DNA of 64,000 nt from an uncultured Thermoplasmata archaeon (GCA_963719945.1 CAVRDX010000001.1:76358-140357), one strand, 5' to 3'; shown: positions 10,077 through 19,285, numbered from the stretch's first letter. Numbers and translations: made by a program. Notes: generated by a model from the letters alone, not told the origin.

Positions 10077-10868
10077 ATGGCTGAAGTGGGTAAGTTATAT
10101 GCGAAGGGACTTCACAAGCGATTCTCATATTTGGCTACCTGGCTGCCCAACACCAATTTGATGCTGGGCGACGTGGGACGATTGCACGGAGAAATCTTCA
10201 CAATAGAAACGACTCTTAAGGAACTCGGCGTGCCATTCCATGTTAGGAAAGGCAAGAAGCCAGTCAAGTTCAACTACACATCACAGTCCGGGATTTCGGT
10301 GAACGCCAAGGCGGCGGGGCAGGTGGCCACCGGAACGACTCTGCCTCAGGCTCAGGCAGGTGTTTCTATCAAATTCAGCAAGGAAGGGGCATTCTTGTTC
10401 CAAGCGACCGAGTGCAAGGTGGATGAGATTGAAGACAAGGCAGAGCTTGGCACAGCAATTATCGCACTGCTGATTAACAAGAAGTGGAATCCTGATTGGG
10501 TCGTTGTTGACACTCTAGTTAGGGCAGGCTCTGCGACAATTGCCGTATCAAACTCCCGTAACGCTGCTCTTGACCTTACCGCAAAGACGGATGTTAAGAT
10601 AGCTAACCTCGCCAATCTCGATGCAGGATTAAACATGAGCCACCAAAGCGGTGATGTCATTCAATTCATAGCTGAGAAGGGTTTGTCTCCGTTATACAAG
10701 CTCTCTCGCGTGAAGCAATCGTGGATTCAGAAACTGCTAAACCAACCCGGTGAATTCGACCGTTACGCGCTCATTGGAACCTACAAGAATAAATCGATAG
10801 AATCTCCGGATAAGAAAATTCCCAAGGGAAAACCACTTGAGACAGTTACACCGCGCTGGGATCAGTGA
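10077..10868 (+). CDS. hypothetical soluble beta-rich protein, possibly a gasdermin-like pore-forming domain (speculative)
   Basis: 263 aa from ATG 10077 (GGAG at 10067-10070). No signal peptide or TM segment. N-terminal WLPNTNLMLGDVG motif and long amphipathic beta-type stretches (GVSIKFSKEGAFLFQA, SATIAVSNSRNAALDLTA), then a roughly 50-aa polar tail. Confidence 0.55.
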   Translation: MAEVGKLYAKGLHKRFSYLATWLPNTNLMLGDVGRLHGEIFTIETTLKELGVPFHVRKGKKPVKFNYTSQSGISVNAKAAGQVATGTTLPQAQAGVSIKFSKEGAFLFQATECKVDEIEDKAELGTAIIALLINKKWNPDWVVVDTLVRAGSATIAVSNSRNAALDLTAKTDVKIANLANLDAGLNMSHQSGDVIQFIAEKGLSPLYKLSRVKQSWIQKLLNQPGEFDRYALIGTYKNKSIESPDKKIPKGKPLETVTPRWDQ

Positions 10869-10904
10869 AGAGATTTGCGAGGGGCTACAAACCCCTGCAA
10901 AAGA

Positions 10905-11012
10905 ACAATGGGTTTGCTATCTCTCAATGCGTCTCCTCGGCGAAGATGCCCTGAAAAGGGTATTTTGTGGTGCGAACCAGTCAGGTTCGTGCTCTCTTTT
11001 CCCACAGGGTCC
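10905..11012 (+). repeat. copy 2 (longest) of the structured repeat family; hairpin AAGATGCCCT-GAAA-AGGGTATTTT at 10943-10966
   Basis: Same orientation and block order as copies 1 and 3. Also carries a second hairpin CGAACC-AGTCA-GGTTCG. Confidence 0.7.
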
Positions 11013-11086
11013 ACTATTTTGCTGGAAATTGGCAAAGCAGTAATTCTCCTTACCACCAGACCTTGAAAAGATACTCATTGAATTGT

Positions 11087-11656
11087 TCAGATTCGTTTCA
11101 GGAATCGAAAGTAATCATGTTCCACAGATTCGACCCTGGATCCGCGCTTCCTCTTGAATATGCACCGTACGATGATCTGGCAACCAACAATCACCGCAAT
11201 GAATACAATGCCCCAGAGGACAAGTGGATTGCGTTCGAGAAAGGTTAGTGGCTCTGCGAAATTCACATCACTCTTTGAAATCAGGCATAGCGAATAGAAC
11301 TCGCTACGTTCATCCCCGTAGTGAATCAGCGTAGCGTTGAACGTGTCACCTATTCTCCAGCCCTGAGAACTCGCAATTGAATCATAAGAGTCATCTGATT
11401 CGTTTAAGAACTTCGCTTCTGCATTAATTGTTTGGTCTAGAAGAATGGAGGATTCGCTCCAGGAGATATGAATCTTGAAGTAGCAGGCCCCAGAATCCAG
11501 CCACATATCGTCTACGGCCCCGAGGACCACTGCATCCGAATAAAATGGTGATGCATAGACTCTTTGAGAAAATGGAATCGTCAATACCATGAACGACATC
11601 GTGCATATAATCAATGCAGCCGCTATGCGGGCAAGAAATCGCATGTTTCTCATCAA
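11087..11656 (-). CDS. hypothetical membrane-anchored protein (N-terminal signal/TM, C-terminal TM)
   Basis: 189 aa. MMRNMRFLARIAAALIICTMSFMVLTIPF at the N-terminus and LVLWGIVFIAVIVGCQIIV near the C-terminus. No family recognised. Confidence 0.6.
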   Translation of the reverse strand: MMRNMRFLARIAAALIICTMSFMVLTIPFSQRVYASPFYSDAVVLGAVDDMWLDSGACYFKIHISWSESSILLDQTINAEAKFLNESDDSYDSIASSQGWRIGDTFNATLIHYGDERSEFYSLCLISKSDVNFAEPLTFLERNPLVLWGIVFIAVIVGCQIIVRCIFKRKRGSRVESVEHDYFRFLKRI

Positions 11657-11917
11657 GATGGAGGCCTCTATTCCCTGTTGCCATTCCCGCTAAATAAATC
11701 TTCAGTCAATCACGAGTAGGTTTGGATGACGAGTCGATTGACTTCGATCAATTCCCCGTTGATTGAAATCAGAAAAAGGGAGTCTAGCTTAAGTAGGGTT
11801 CATGGCCCGGCGGCCGCACACTCAGAGAAAATGCCATAGGAGTGGAAGGGGAGAGAAACTCGCTAACAGAGTAAGGGCGGAAAGTTTCAAGCCAAGAGAC
11901 TTCAATGACCGCCAACT

Positions 11918-12364
11918 GTGCTGGCGACATCTCTGATCGGGTCTCGACAATCCTCGAAGGCCGGAGGCACCCATCCCTATGCCGTATCCGTGATTCTTGT
12001 GACACTCATTCTTGGAATCATGATGACTGCAGCAGGGATTGCTCTGATGATTTCTGACTTCGGGCTGATATTATTCGCTCTTGGAGTGGTATTCCTAGCT
12101 GTGTCATTTGCGGCTAGTCGACAACTTAGCGTATTCTTGTATCTGCCCGGGGAATCGACAGTGATGGCGTTGTATGTTGCAGTAGAGGCCTTGGCAGGTG
12201 CAGCTCTGGGATTCGTGGGGGTTGGCAATGTTGTTTTCGATTCCGAAGCTTTTGATTGGAGTCTTGTGGCAATCGCCATGTTTGGGTTATTGCTCGTTGC
12301 CGACTCTTTGCTCCTCCATCGCAGAGGCTTCAAGCAAGGTTTGGGAAAAGAGAAGAAGGTTTAG
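11918..12364 (+). CDS. hypothetical polytopic membrane protein (start codon uncertain, GTG)
   Basis: 148 aa with about four hydrophobic helices (VILVTLILGIMMTAAGIALMI, LILFALGVVFLAVSF, ...). Confidence 0.5.
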   Translation: MLATSLIGSRQSSKAGGTHPYAVSVILVTLILGIMMTAAGIALMISDFGLILFALGVVFLAVSFAASRQLSVFLYLPGESTVMALYVAVEALAGAALGFVGVGNVVFDSEAFDWSLVAIAMFGLLLVADSLLLHRRGFKQGLGKEKKV

Positions 12365-12538
12365 ATTCGAGCCCAATTTCCCGCTGATTGAATTCGAGTC
12401 GTGACATACTGGCTCGATAGGGGTTCATATCCAGACGACCGCGCTGGCATTCTTCTGAGAAGAGATTTCAAGAGAGGCCAGAGTGCAAGAAACAAGATAT
12501 AGACGAGATACGTTCATGAACGAAGGGGGAATGAGACA

Positions 12539-13288
12539 GTGACTGGAGGTAAGTGGGCCTTATGGTCTTTTGTGGCATTGATTGCACTGTGCTTCGTCCT
12601 TGTAGGAGTATCGGAACTCCATTGGAAGGTTGACCCCAGCTCGGGTGAACTCGGTGAGACGGTCGACTATGCGTTCACACTCAGATCGTATGACCTGCAC
12701 GCAGGCGACACAATCTACTATGAGTATGAATCCAGCGTGATGTGCCTGTTCATCATCACGACCGACCCGGTCAATCCTGAGGTTGGCGAGAAGCTCAACT
12801 TATCGGGCCCTCGGAACAGCGGTTCATTTGAGTGTCTGACGGACGGGCTGTACTATCTGCGGGTGGATTTCTTCGAGACACCAGCGACAATCAACTACGA
12901 ACTATACGCCTTCGATCAGTCCTCTGTCCTGGTGATGACAGTGAAACCCATTGTATTGACTGTGTCGACAGTCTTGCTTGCATTCTTGCTCTATAGGGCT
13001 TTCAGAGATGATCGCTTGACTGATCCTGAGAAGGAGCAGGCAAAACTCGAGAGATACTGGGCATGCTTCACATCAAGGGTCTTCCACTGGGTTGTGATTG
13101 TCGCGGGGGCGGTCATGCTCACGGTGGCTTCGTTCATCGACTATCTCAATTGGACGATCGACCGCCCTGAACTCGTCCCGGTTTGGCCGCTTCAGATACT
13201 TCAGATAGGAGGAATGGCTGTATACTTTGGGCTGTTGCTTGGCCTGTTCAACACATGGGCCATGTGCAGAGGCCAGATGTCCGGATGA
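12539..13288 (+). CDS. hypothetical membrane protein with an N-terminal ectodomain
   Basis: 249 aa, GTG start. Signal-anchor WALWSFVALIALCFVLVGV, a beta-rich domain, then 3-4 TM helices. Confidence 0.6.
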   Translation: MTGGKWALWSFVALIALCFVLVGVSELHWKVDPSSGELGETVDYAFTLRSYDLHAGDTIYYEYESSVMCLFIITTDPVNPEVGEKLNLSGPRNSGSFECLTDGLYYLRVDFFETPATINYELYAFDQSSVLVMTVKPIVLTVSTVLLAFLLYRAFRDDRLTDPEKEQAKLERYWACFTSRVFHWVVIVAGAVMLTVASFIDYLNWTIDRPELVPVWPLQILQIGGMAVYFGLLLGLFNTWAMCRGQMSG

Positions 13289-13293
13289 TGGCT

Positions 13294-13782
13294 TCAGAAC
13301 GAGCCGAGGATGGTGGTGGCGAACTCATCTACATCTCCCTGCCAGCCTTCCTTCAGCGGCCCCTTCATCGTCTCCGCTGATACTAAGAATATCTTGTCGG
13401 CAACTTTCACCAGCCCCTTCTCCTTCAAAATCTCATCCAGAACCGGTACGGTCTTCCTCCATCGATTGAGCTCTTCCTCTGTCGGCATCCGTCCGGTCTT
13501 CTTATCTGGTGCTGCGTCTCCGTGGGTCGCGAATATGGCATACTTTGTTCCCGACGCAAGTGAGACCTTTTTGATGAAACGTCTCATGCTCCCTAGTGGC
13601 CCGCCGAATCGCGTAGGTGACCCAAAGATGTACAGGTCTGCGAGAGCCAGCTCCTTAGGTTTCGATTCTCTGATATGATGCACGTTCACCTGATGGCCTT
13701 TTGTCTCCATGACCCGTCGCAACTCATCAGCGACCTTCGCTCCGTTCCCAAACTTCGAGGCGTGATATAGCTCAATCTTCAT
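13294..13782 (-). CDS. flavodoxin-fold protein
   Basis: From ATG 13782: MKIELYHASKFGNGAKVADELRRV...LYIFGSPTRFGGP...YAIFATHG, the typical flavodoxin-like layout. Confidence 0.7.
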   Translation of the reverse strand: MKIELYHASKFGNGAKVADELRRVMETKGHQVNVHHIRESKPKELALADLYIFGSPTRFGGPLGSMRRFIKKVSLASGTKYAIFATHGDAAPDKKTGRMPTEEELNRWRKTVPVLDEILKEKGLVKVADKIFLVSAETMKGPLKEGWQGDVDEFATTILGSF

Positions 13783-13955
13783 GAGAAATCCCTTCCTAAA
13801 TATCGAATGCAACTAATCACTCATAATGATATCTTGCAGGCCCCCTGATCGGAAAACAGCCAGGTGGCATGAGTGAGATTCCTTTCGATCCAACCCATGA
13901 GCGAAGCCATTAAGTCATCCAGAACGATTCAGAGTTCTGGTTTGGGGAATTGGCG

Positions 13956-14429
13956 ATGAAATGTCCAAAATGTGGGACAGATGTGCTTGATCTGGAATTG
14001 CGGAATGAATTAAGACTCAACAGAATCATCCTGATTGCTGCAACAGTTGTGATTGCCATCACGATAATAGCAGCTGCCATCTATGCGGTTGGCGCGCTAA
14101 AACCAAAACCTGAATTGGTGGGGGTTATTGAGGTAGGTTCCCTTTCATACTATGATGATGGTAGCGATGGTTGGTACTCCAAGTCGTGTTCAGGACATAT
14201 CTTCAATGTCGGCTCCATAGGTTGTGTTGCCGAAGTAACCGTTAATCTGTCAGATGCACGAGGATGGAGTTATGAAACCACTATAGTCACGGGATGGATG
14301 CCTGCTGGAGATACTGCAAGTGTCTATTTCTGGTTCGACGTACCCAAAATATTCAACGCACAGGAAGCGGACATCGACGGAGTGAAACTAAACGTGGATT
14401 TCAGATATCTAGACTCTGGTGAGTGGTAG
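13956..14429 (+). CDS. hypothetical zinc-ribbon / single-TM / ectodomain protein
   Basis: MKCPKCGTD... followed by TM IILIAATVVIAITIIAAAIYAV and a roughly 100-aa beta-rich domain. Confidence 0.6.
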   Translation: MKCPKCGTDVLDLELRNELRLNRIILIAATVVIAITIIAAAIYAVGALKPKPELVGVIEVGSLSYYDDGSDGWYSKSCSGHIFNVGSIGCVAEVTVNLSDARGWSYETTIVTGWMPAGDTASVYFWFDVPKIFNAQEADIDGVKLNVDFRYLDSGEW

Positions 14430-14502
14430 GGCGCGGTCGATAATTGGAGACTTCCTTGATTGAAATTGGAGAAATGGGACGGGGTCTACTCTAACTCTTA
14501 AT

Positions 14503-14567
14503 CATTTGCCTTGGCGAAGTGCTCTGACAAGGGCATTTTGAGGCGCTGGCCTGCAGTTTCGTGCTCC
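14503..14567 (+). repeat. copy 3 of the structured repeat family; hairpin AAGTGCTCT-GACA-AGGGCATTT at 14517-14538
   Basis: Shares ATTTGCC, TTGGCGAAG, the GNRA-capped hairpin and GTTTCGTGCTC with copy 2. Confidence 0.65.
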
Positions 14568-14747
14568 ACAATCTCATAGGGCCCAATAAGCGGTCATATC
14601 CGTTCTAGAGGGCGCAGATGCTTCTCATGGATACAGCACTAAATTGTGATTAAGAACACGAATTCTGAGACGGCCAATGGTATCCATATTCCCTCATTTG
14701 CCTTCCTTTGTATACGAATAGCTTAAATCTTCAAAGACGATTATTAT

Positions 14748-14948
14748 TTGGAGGATGGCGATGCTATGAACATTCGGTGGTCATTGTCACGTCAATCGTG
14801 GATTATGCTTGTTGCCATCGATGCATGTGGGTTCATCACCATTGGCAAAGGTATAATTATTCTTGGACAAGAGTGGTATTATGGCGTTGCGGCAATAGTG
14901 ACAGGCATTGCCCTGCTTTGGTACAATACACCGCCGAGCAAGAATTAG
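14748..14948 (+). CDS. possible small two-TM membrane protein
   Basis: 66-aa ORF with two hydrophobic stretches (WIMLVAIDACGFITIG, YYGVAAIVTGIALLWY). No other support. Confidence 0.3.
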   Translation: MEDGDAMNIRWSLSRQSWIMLVAIDACGFITIGKGIIILGQEWYYGVAAIVTGIALLWYNTPPSKN

Positions 14949-15003
14949 AGGAACCGGTTCAACAGATCTCTCCAAGATTCATAGGGTGAGTAGGCATGAA
15001 GCG

Positions 15004-15495
15004 ATGATTTCCCCACGATTTATTGATGTTCTGAGAAAGTTGAGCGGTCAACTGGAGGACCAGGGTGTGGTCTGGGCGGTCGGTGGTAGCTTGGGACTCG
15101 CGCTCAGAGGTGCTAGTGTTGATCCACGTGACATTGACATAATTACAGACAGGGTTGGCGCATACCACATTGAGCGCATCTTCTCAGATGCAGTGATTTC
15201 TCCAGTCTCGCTCAAGACCAGCAACAAGATTCAATCACACTTTGGTGCATTGAACATAGATGATGTCAAGGTCGAGATCATGGGCGATTTTCAGATTCGC
15301 CTGGAAGACGGGACTTGGCAACCCCCTCCCGATTTCACGAGGCTGAAACAGTTGGTCCTGCTCGAAGGGATGTCAATTCCAGTCCTCTCGCTGATATGGG
15401 AGTATGATTCATATTCGAAACTAGGCAGGACCGATAGAGCAGAATCCGTGATGGCAATCATTGGACGCCAAGCCGTTATGGAACGTCTATTGTGA
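15004..15495 (+). CDS. nucleotidyltransferase-fold (Pol-beta superfamily) protein
   Basis: From ATG 15004: MISPRFIDVLRKL...VVWAVGGSLGLALRG...PRDIDIITD, the G-S ... D-x-D signature of minimal nucleotidyltransferases. Confidence 0.6.
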   Translation: MISPRFIDVLRKLSGQLEDQGVVWAVGGSLGLALRGASVDPRDIDIITDRVGAYHIERIFSDAVISPVSLKTSNKIQSHFGALNIDDVKVEIMGDFQIRLEDGTWQPPPDFTRLKQLVLLEGMSIPVLSLIWEYDSYSKLGRTDRAESVMAIIGRQAVMERLL

Positions 15496-15596
15496 CGGAA
15501 GGCGATTCGGATGCAAATGGGCTGCCAACCGCCGAGTCCATGACTTCGTCGAAGTCATGCGAAACTGAATTAGGCGATGAATGATGATATGGTTAC

Positions 15597-15860
15597 ATGA
15601 ACCTCGAAGAGACAATGGATCCCATTGAACCGAGGGGAAGCCTTAGAGTGATTTTCATCGTATTGGTGATGCTTGCCGTGATTGATTTCTGCATCTTAAT
15701 TTGGGTAGTTCCTTGGGCGGATGAGGCTTATCGTTCCCTATCCGGATCTATGGGCTATGTGATCACGTTTCTGACGGTGTTCGTGAACTTGCTCATCGGT
15801 CTAGCCTTGGTCGCTTACTACTTCAAGAGCCAATCATATCCTTCGGATAGATGGCAATGA
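15597..15860 (+). CDS. hypothetical small membrane protein
   Basis: 87 aa with two clear TM helices (VIFIVLVMLAVIDFCILIWVV, VITFLTVFVNLLIGLALVAYYF). Confidence 0.5.
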   Translation: MNLEETMDPIEPRGSLRVIFIVLVMLAVIDFCILIWVVPWADEAYRSLSGSMGYVITFLTVFVNLLIGLALVAYYFKSQSYPSDRWQ

Positions 15861-15978
15861 GCGTCAGACTTCTGATCATCGAGGACAATATCAAGGGATT
15901 CTTGTTTCGAGAATTCTGATCGGACAGACATGAATGAAAATTTAAGAGGTTTATGGGTTTGTATTCTGAGGCAGACTT

Positions 15979-18900
15979 TCAGAGCATCTTTCCGTTTACT
16001 TGCAGGGAATCATACTCGCAGCCCGTCACGAGGTCGTACGCTAGTATCATACCCTTGCAGTTGCCCATTGTAGCCGTGAGTGTCAGCGTGACTGGCACAC
16101 TCTCTCCGGGCTGCAGCCAGATCGCATACGAGCTCAGCGTAAGAGCTGTCCATGGCTGATATGCGGTCGTGGTGATCGTAAGTGTGTAGCTCACATGGTT
16201 CGCGCTGTTCTTCAGAGCTACCACGAACTCCCATTCGCCCGGGACTGGGTCATCCACAACTATGCTGTCCCCGCTCTCCCACAATATGCCTCGGTTGCTC
16301 CAATCGGCAGCATATATGACGACATCGAGGTCGGCATTCTCGTCGGTCCATTCGATAGATGCTGTCATCGAGAGTGTGCCTGGTTGCACAGTGAACAGCT
16401 CGGAACTTGCTCCCTTACCGTGCTGGTCTATCGACGATACCCAATCCACGAATGTGTATGTCGCGCTGACGACGGTGTCCATGACTGGCATCAGTCCAAC
16501 GCCTACAGCATACTCCATGTTGTTCAGCAGGTTCGTTGTCATCGATGTGCCTGGTTTCACACAGATTCTGTCTGCCTCGAACTGTGCAGCGGTCATGGGC
16601 GTGACCGTTACGGTGTACGGTTCCTCGAGCACTCTATCCATCATCACTACGTGGAACGCGAGCATCCACATGCCTGGTTCAGGATCTAGCACTGTCAATA
16701 TGTCCGCGGTGTCTCCCGTGGAAGTCTCCCAAGGCCCGAAAATGCCGTCCTTGATGTAATTCGTTATGGACGCATCCACTACTTCCCTATCTGGGTTTAT
16801 CCAGTATGTGTCGATGTCCGTATTCCAGCTCGACCAGTCTATCACTGAAGTCAAGGCGGTGGGTGTCTCGTCCTCTGGCACTTCGACAAAATAGTACTTC
16901 CAGTCTCCCTCATTGAATCCCCAGACCTCGTGATTCACATCAATGACATCCTCGAACGCTGCCCCTATCTTGATCGGAACTGATATCGCCACCGGGACCA
17001 GCGAGTCGACCCCATCATAGCTCGCCTGGATGAATCCAGTGTGTACTCCCGGGGTCGCGTCTGATGGGACTTCTATGGTCGCGATGGAATCAGCTGTGCT
17101 GAACCAGTCCCATGTTGTCAACGAGAAGAACCTGATGCCTACATCGAACGGCACTGAAAGGGTCCTGTACATCACAGGAGAGACTCTCAATTCGTAGTCG
17201 CCTGGTGTGACCCTTGCGTTCAGTTCCTGCGTGTTCGTGTGGGCGTATGCATAGTTGATCATGGTCCTCTCACCGTTCTCATCGAGTCTGTAGAGGATGA
17301 TGTTGATGTGAGTATCGGTGTATCCACCTGAGCTGGTCAACTCGTGCACGTCCCTTGTGAACACATACTCCTGATCGAACGCTAGGTCGATGGTGATGTA
17401 GTCCTCCCCATCTTCAACAGGGAACTCGTAGAACAGATCCTCTCCATCCAGGCTCGTGCCTGAGAAAGTCATGTCCTCTCGTCCGCTCGGGACATATGTC
17501 TTGGAGCCGAGCACGGTTCCATCAGCGAACTCCGTGTTGGCGTATGAACCTGCATCAATGGTCAATGCAACCGATGACGGTCCTGGAGCTTGCCAGTCGT
17601 TCTCTACAGCGCTGTATGCTGCGAGCGCATCGATCCTGCCTGGACCCTGTTCGTTCGGCTCATAACCCATGTCCAACGCGGTGCCCATGATGATCTCCCT
17701 TAGCTGATCCGGCGTCGGTGCGATCCCGTGCTTCACGAGATACGCCTCATAGATGAGCGCACCAACTCCAGCAGCGACAGGTGCCGCCATGCTGGTTCCT
17801 CCGAACTGCATCTCGATCGTATCTCCGGGCTGAGTGGACGGTCCCCACGCTCCCGCTGCACAGATATCAGGGTCTATCCTTCCATCAGCAGAGGGTCCTC
17901 GGCTGCTGAACCAGATCATATGGTCATTCTCGTACCCTTTCTCGCCTTCCTTCACGATAAGGTATTGTTCATAGTAATCTGACAATGGCCAATACTTCAG
18001 TAGCTGGCATTCAGCGTTGAGTGTGGATGCACCTACAGTCATCGTATTCTTCGAAACTCCCGAACAGCCGACGGTGCTCTGTCCTGTCCCCTCGTTACCT
18101 GCGGAGAGGAAGCTCGCGATGCCGTACTCATCCGCGGCTATGTCCAATGCGTAGGAGGTCGGGTCGTTGCCATCGTTGGGGACCTCCATTCCTCCCAGGC
18201 TCATGCTGATTATCTGAGCGTCATCGGCAGTGCCAGCAACGCCATCGTCACCAGTAATCGCCCATTCTATGCCGCCGATGATCCAAGTGTCCCAGCCGTA
18301 CCCTGTATCGTCCAGGACCTTCCCGGTCATCAGCTTTGCCGCAGGAGCCATGCCCATCATCTTGACTACGCCATCATATACGGAGACCACGTAGTCATTG
18401 AGACCTCTCGAAGCAACCAGTCCTGCAGTTGCGGTGCCGTGTCCATCCACGTCATGGAACTCCTCGCTCGTGAATGATCTGTACGATTTGATAGCATCCT
18501 TGAGGTCATTCTGTGTTATATCACAGCCCGTATCCAGGACCGCGACAGTCACACCATAGCCTTTGATCCCCTTTTCCCAGACATCCTCTGCCCCCATCTC
18601 CGCAGATGTAGATGCCCACCATGTGTTCGTGGCCTCAGTCGCGTCTAATTTCCCGATGCCAAGGGTAGCATATGTGTAGGCTTGCTCGTTCTTGTCATCC
18701 AGGAGCCGGTATTTCTTCTCATCAAGGAATATCTTCTCTACCTGATCCAGTGCGGCAACGCCCATCGCGGATCTCGAATCCATCTCAACAGCGAGCGCAC
18801 CAAGGGCCGAAAATCTCTCCTTGACCGATGCTCCTGCCTTAACCATAGCTCGTCCAACCGAATCGATGTCAGCATCGTCCGTGATGAAGACCACTGTTGT

Positions 18901-19173
18901 GAAAGAGGCGGTCTGTCCAGATTTCATCGCCCCCAACAATTGCGTTCGTAATTCTGGCTCGAACTTATCCATGGCGTTGGCGCCGACCGCTCCAGACGGT
19001 GGGGACAATGCCACCGCTGCCATACTCGCAGTCATCGCGAATGCCATCAGAATGCATGCTAGTCTCGTGCTCGCTCTCAACCTATCTTCCCCCCTGAATC
19101 CGTTGATATTCTGGGAGGCACCTGCATCCATGTATGTTGAGCTAGATGCAGAATCCCTTTGTTCATGTGCCAC
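15979..19173 (-). CDS. secreted subtilisin-like serine protease (peptidase S8) with a roughly 600-aa C-terminal extension
   Basis: Catalytic triad contexts VAVLDTGCD (Asp), DGHGTATAG (His), GGTSMAAPVAAG (Ser). N-terminal hydrophobic segment ACILMAFAMTASMAAVALS. Exact start uncertain. Confidence 0.9.
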   Translation of the reverse strand: MAHEQRDSASSSTYMDAGASQNINGFRGEDRLRASTRLACILMAFAMTASMAAVALSPPSGAVGANAMDKFEPELRTQLLGAMKSGQTASFTTVVFITDDADIDSVGRAMVKAGASVKERFSALGALAVEMDSRSAMGVAALDQVEKIFLDEKKYRLLDDKNEQAYTYATLGIGKLDATEATNTWWASTSAEMGAEDVWEKGIKGYGVTVAVLDTGCDITQNDLKDAIKSYRSFTSEEFHDVDGHGTATAGLVASRGLNDYVVSVYDGVVKMMGMAPAAKLMTGKVLDDTGYGWDTWIIGGIEWAITGDDGVAGTADDAQIISMSLGGMEVPNDGNDPTSYALDIAADEYGIASFLSAGNEGTGQSTVGCSGVSKNTMTVGASTLNAECQLLKYWPLSDYYEQYLIVKEGEKGYENDHMIWFSSRGPSADGRIDPDICAAGAWGPSTQPGDTIEMQFGGTSMAAPVAAGVGALIYEAYLVKHGIAPTPDQLREIIMGTALDMGYEPNEQGPGRIDALAAYSAVENDWQAPGPSSVALTIDAGSYANTEFADGTVLGSKTYVPSGREDMTFSGTSLDGEDLFYEFPVEDGEDYITIDLAFDQEYVFTRDVHELTSSGGYTDTHINIILYRLDENGERTMINYAYAHTNTQELNARVTPGDYELRVSPVMYRTLSVPFDVGIRFFSLTTWDWFSTADSIATIEVPSDATPGVHTGFIQASYDGVDSLVPVAISVPIKIGAAFEDVIDVNHEVWGFNEGDWKYYFVEVPEDETPTALTSVIDWSSWNTDIDTYWINPDREVVDASITNYIKDGIFGPWETSTGDTADILTVLDPEPGMWMLAFHVVMMDRVLEEPYTVTVTPMTAAQFEADRICVKPGTSMTTNLLNNMEYAVGVGLMPVMDTVVSATYTFVDWVSSIDQHGKGASSELFTVQPGTLSMTASIEWTDENADLDVVIYAADWSNRGILWESGDSIVVDDPVPGEWEFVVALKNSANHVSYTLTITTTAYQPWTALTLSSYAIWLQPGESVPVTLTLTATMGNCKGMILAYDLVTGCEYDSLQVNGKML

Positions 19174-19285
19174 CCAAGCATGGGATTCCTATGGTGCTCT
19201 CCCCGTGCCCCAATGAACAATATTGTGCTATACTAAAGTTGCGGAGAATCTCTCCTTATGAGGGCAAATTCAGGCTGAACAATGC

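Noticed and set aside
9917-11012. Whether the repeats flanking the gasdermin-like ORF are integron attC sites, making this an archaeal gene cassette
   Set aside because: I could not find R''/R' core sites (RYYYAAC ... GTTRRRY) at the repeat ends. The neighbouring genes are not uniformly oriented, and no IntI-type integrase is in the window.
14961-15030. Imperfect direct repeat encoding ISPRFI twice (14965-14985 and 15007-15027) at the 5' end of the nucleotidyltransferase gene
   Set aside because: Only about 15 of 22 nt are identical, and the upstream copy is in a different frame within an unconvincing ORF. This is probably chance or a decayed micro-duplication, with no functional inference possible.
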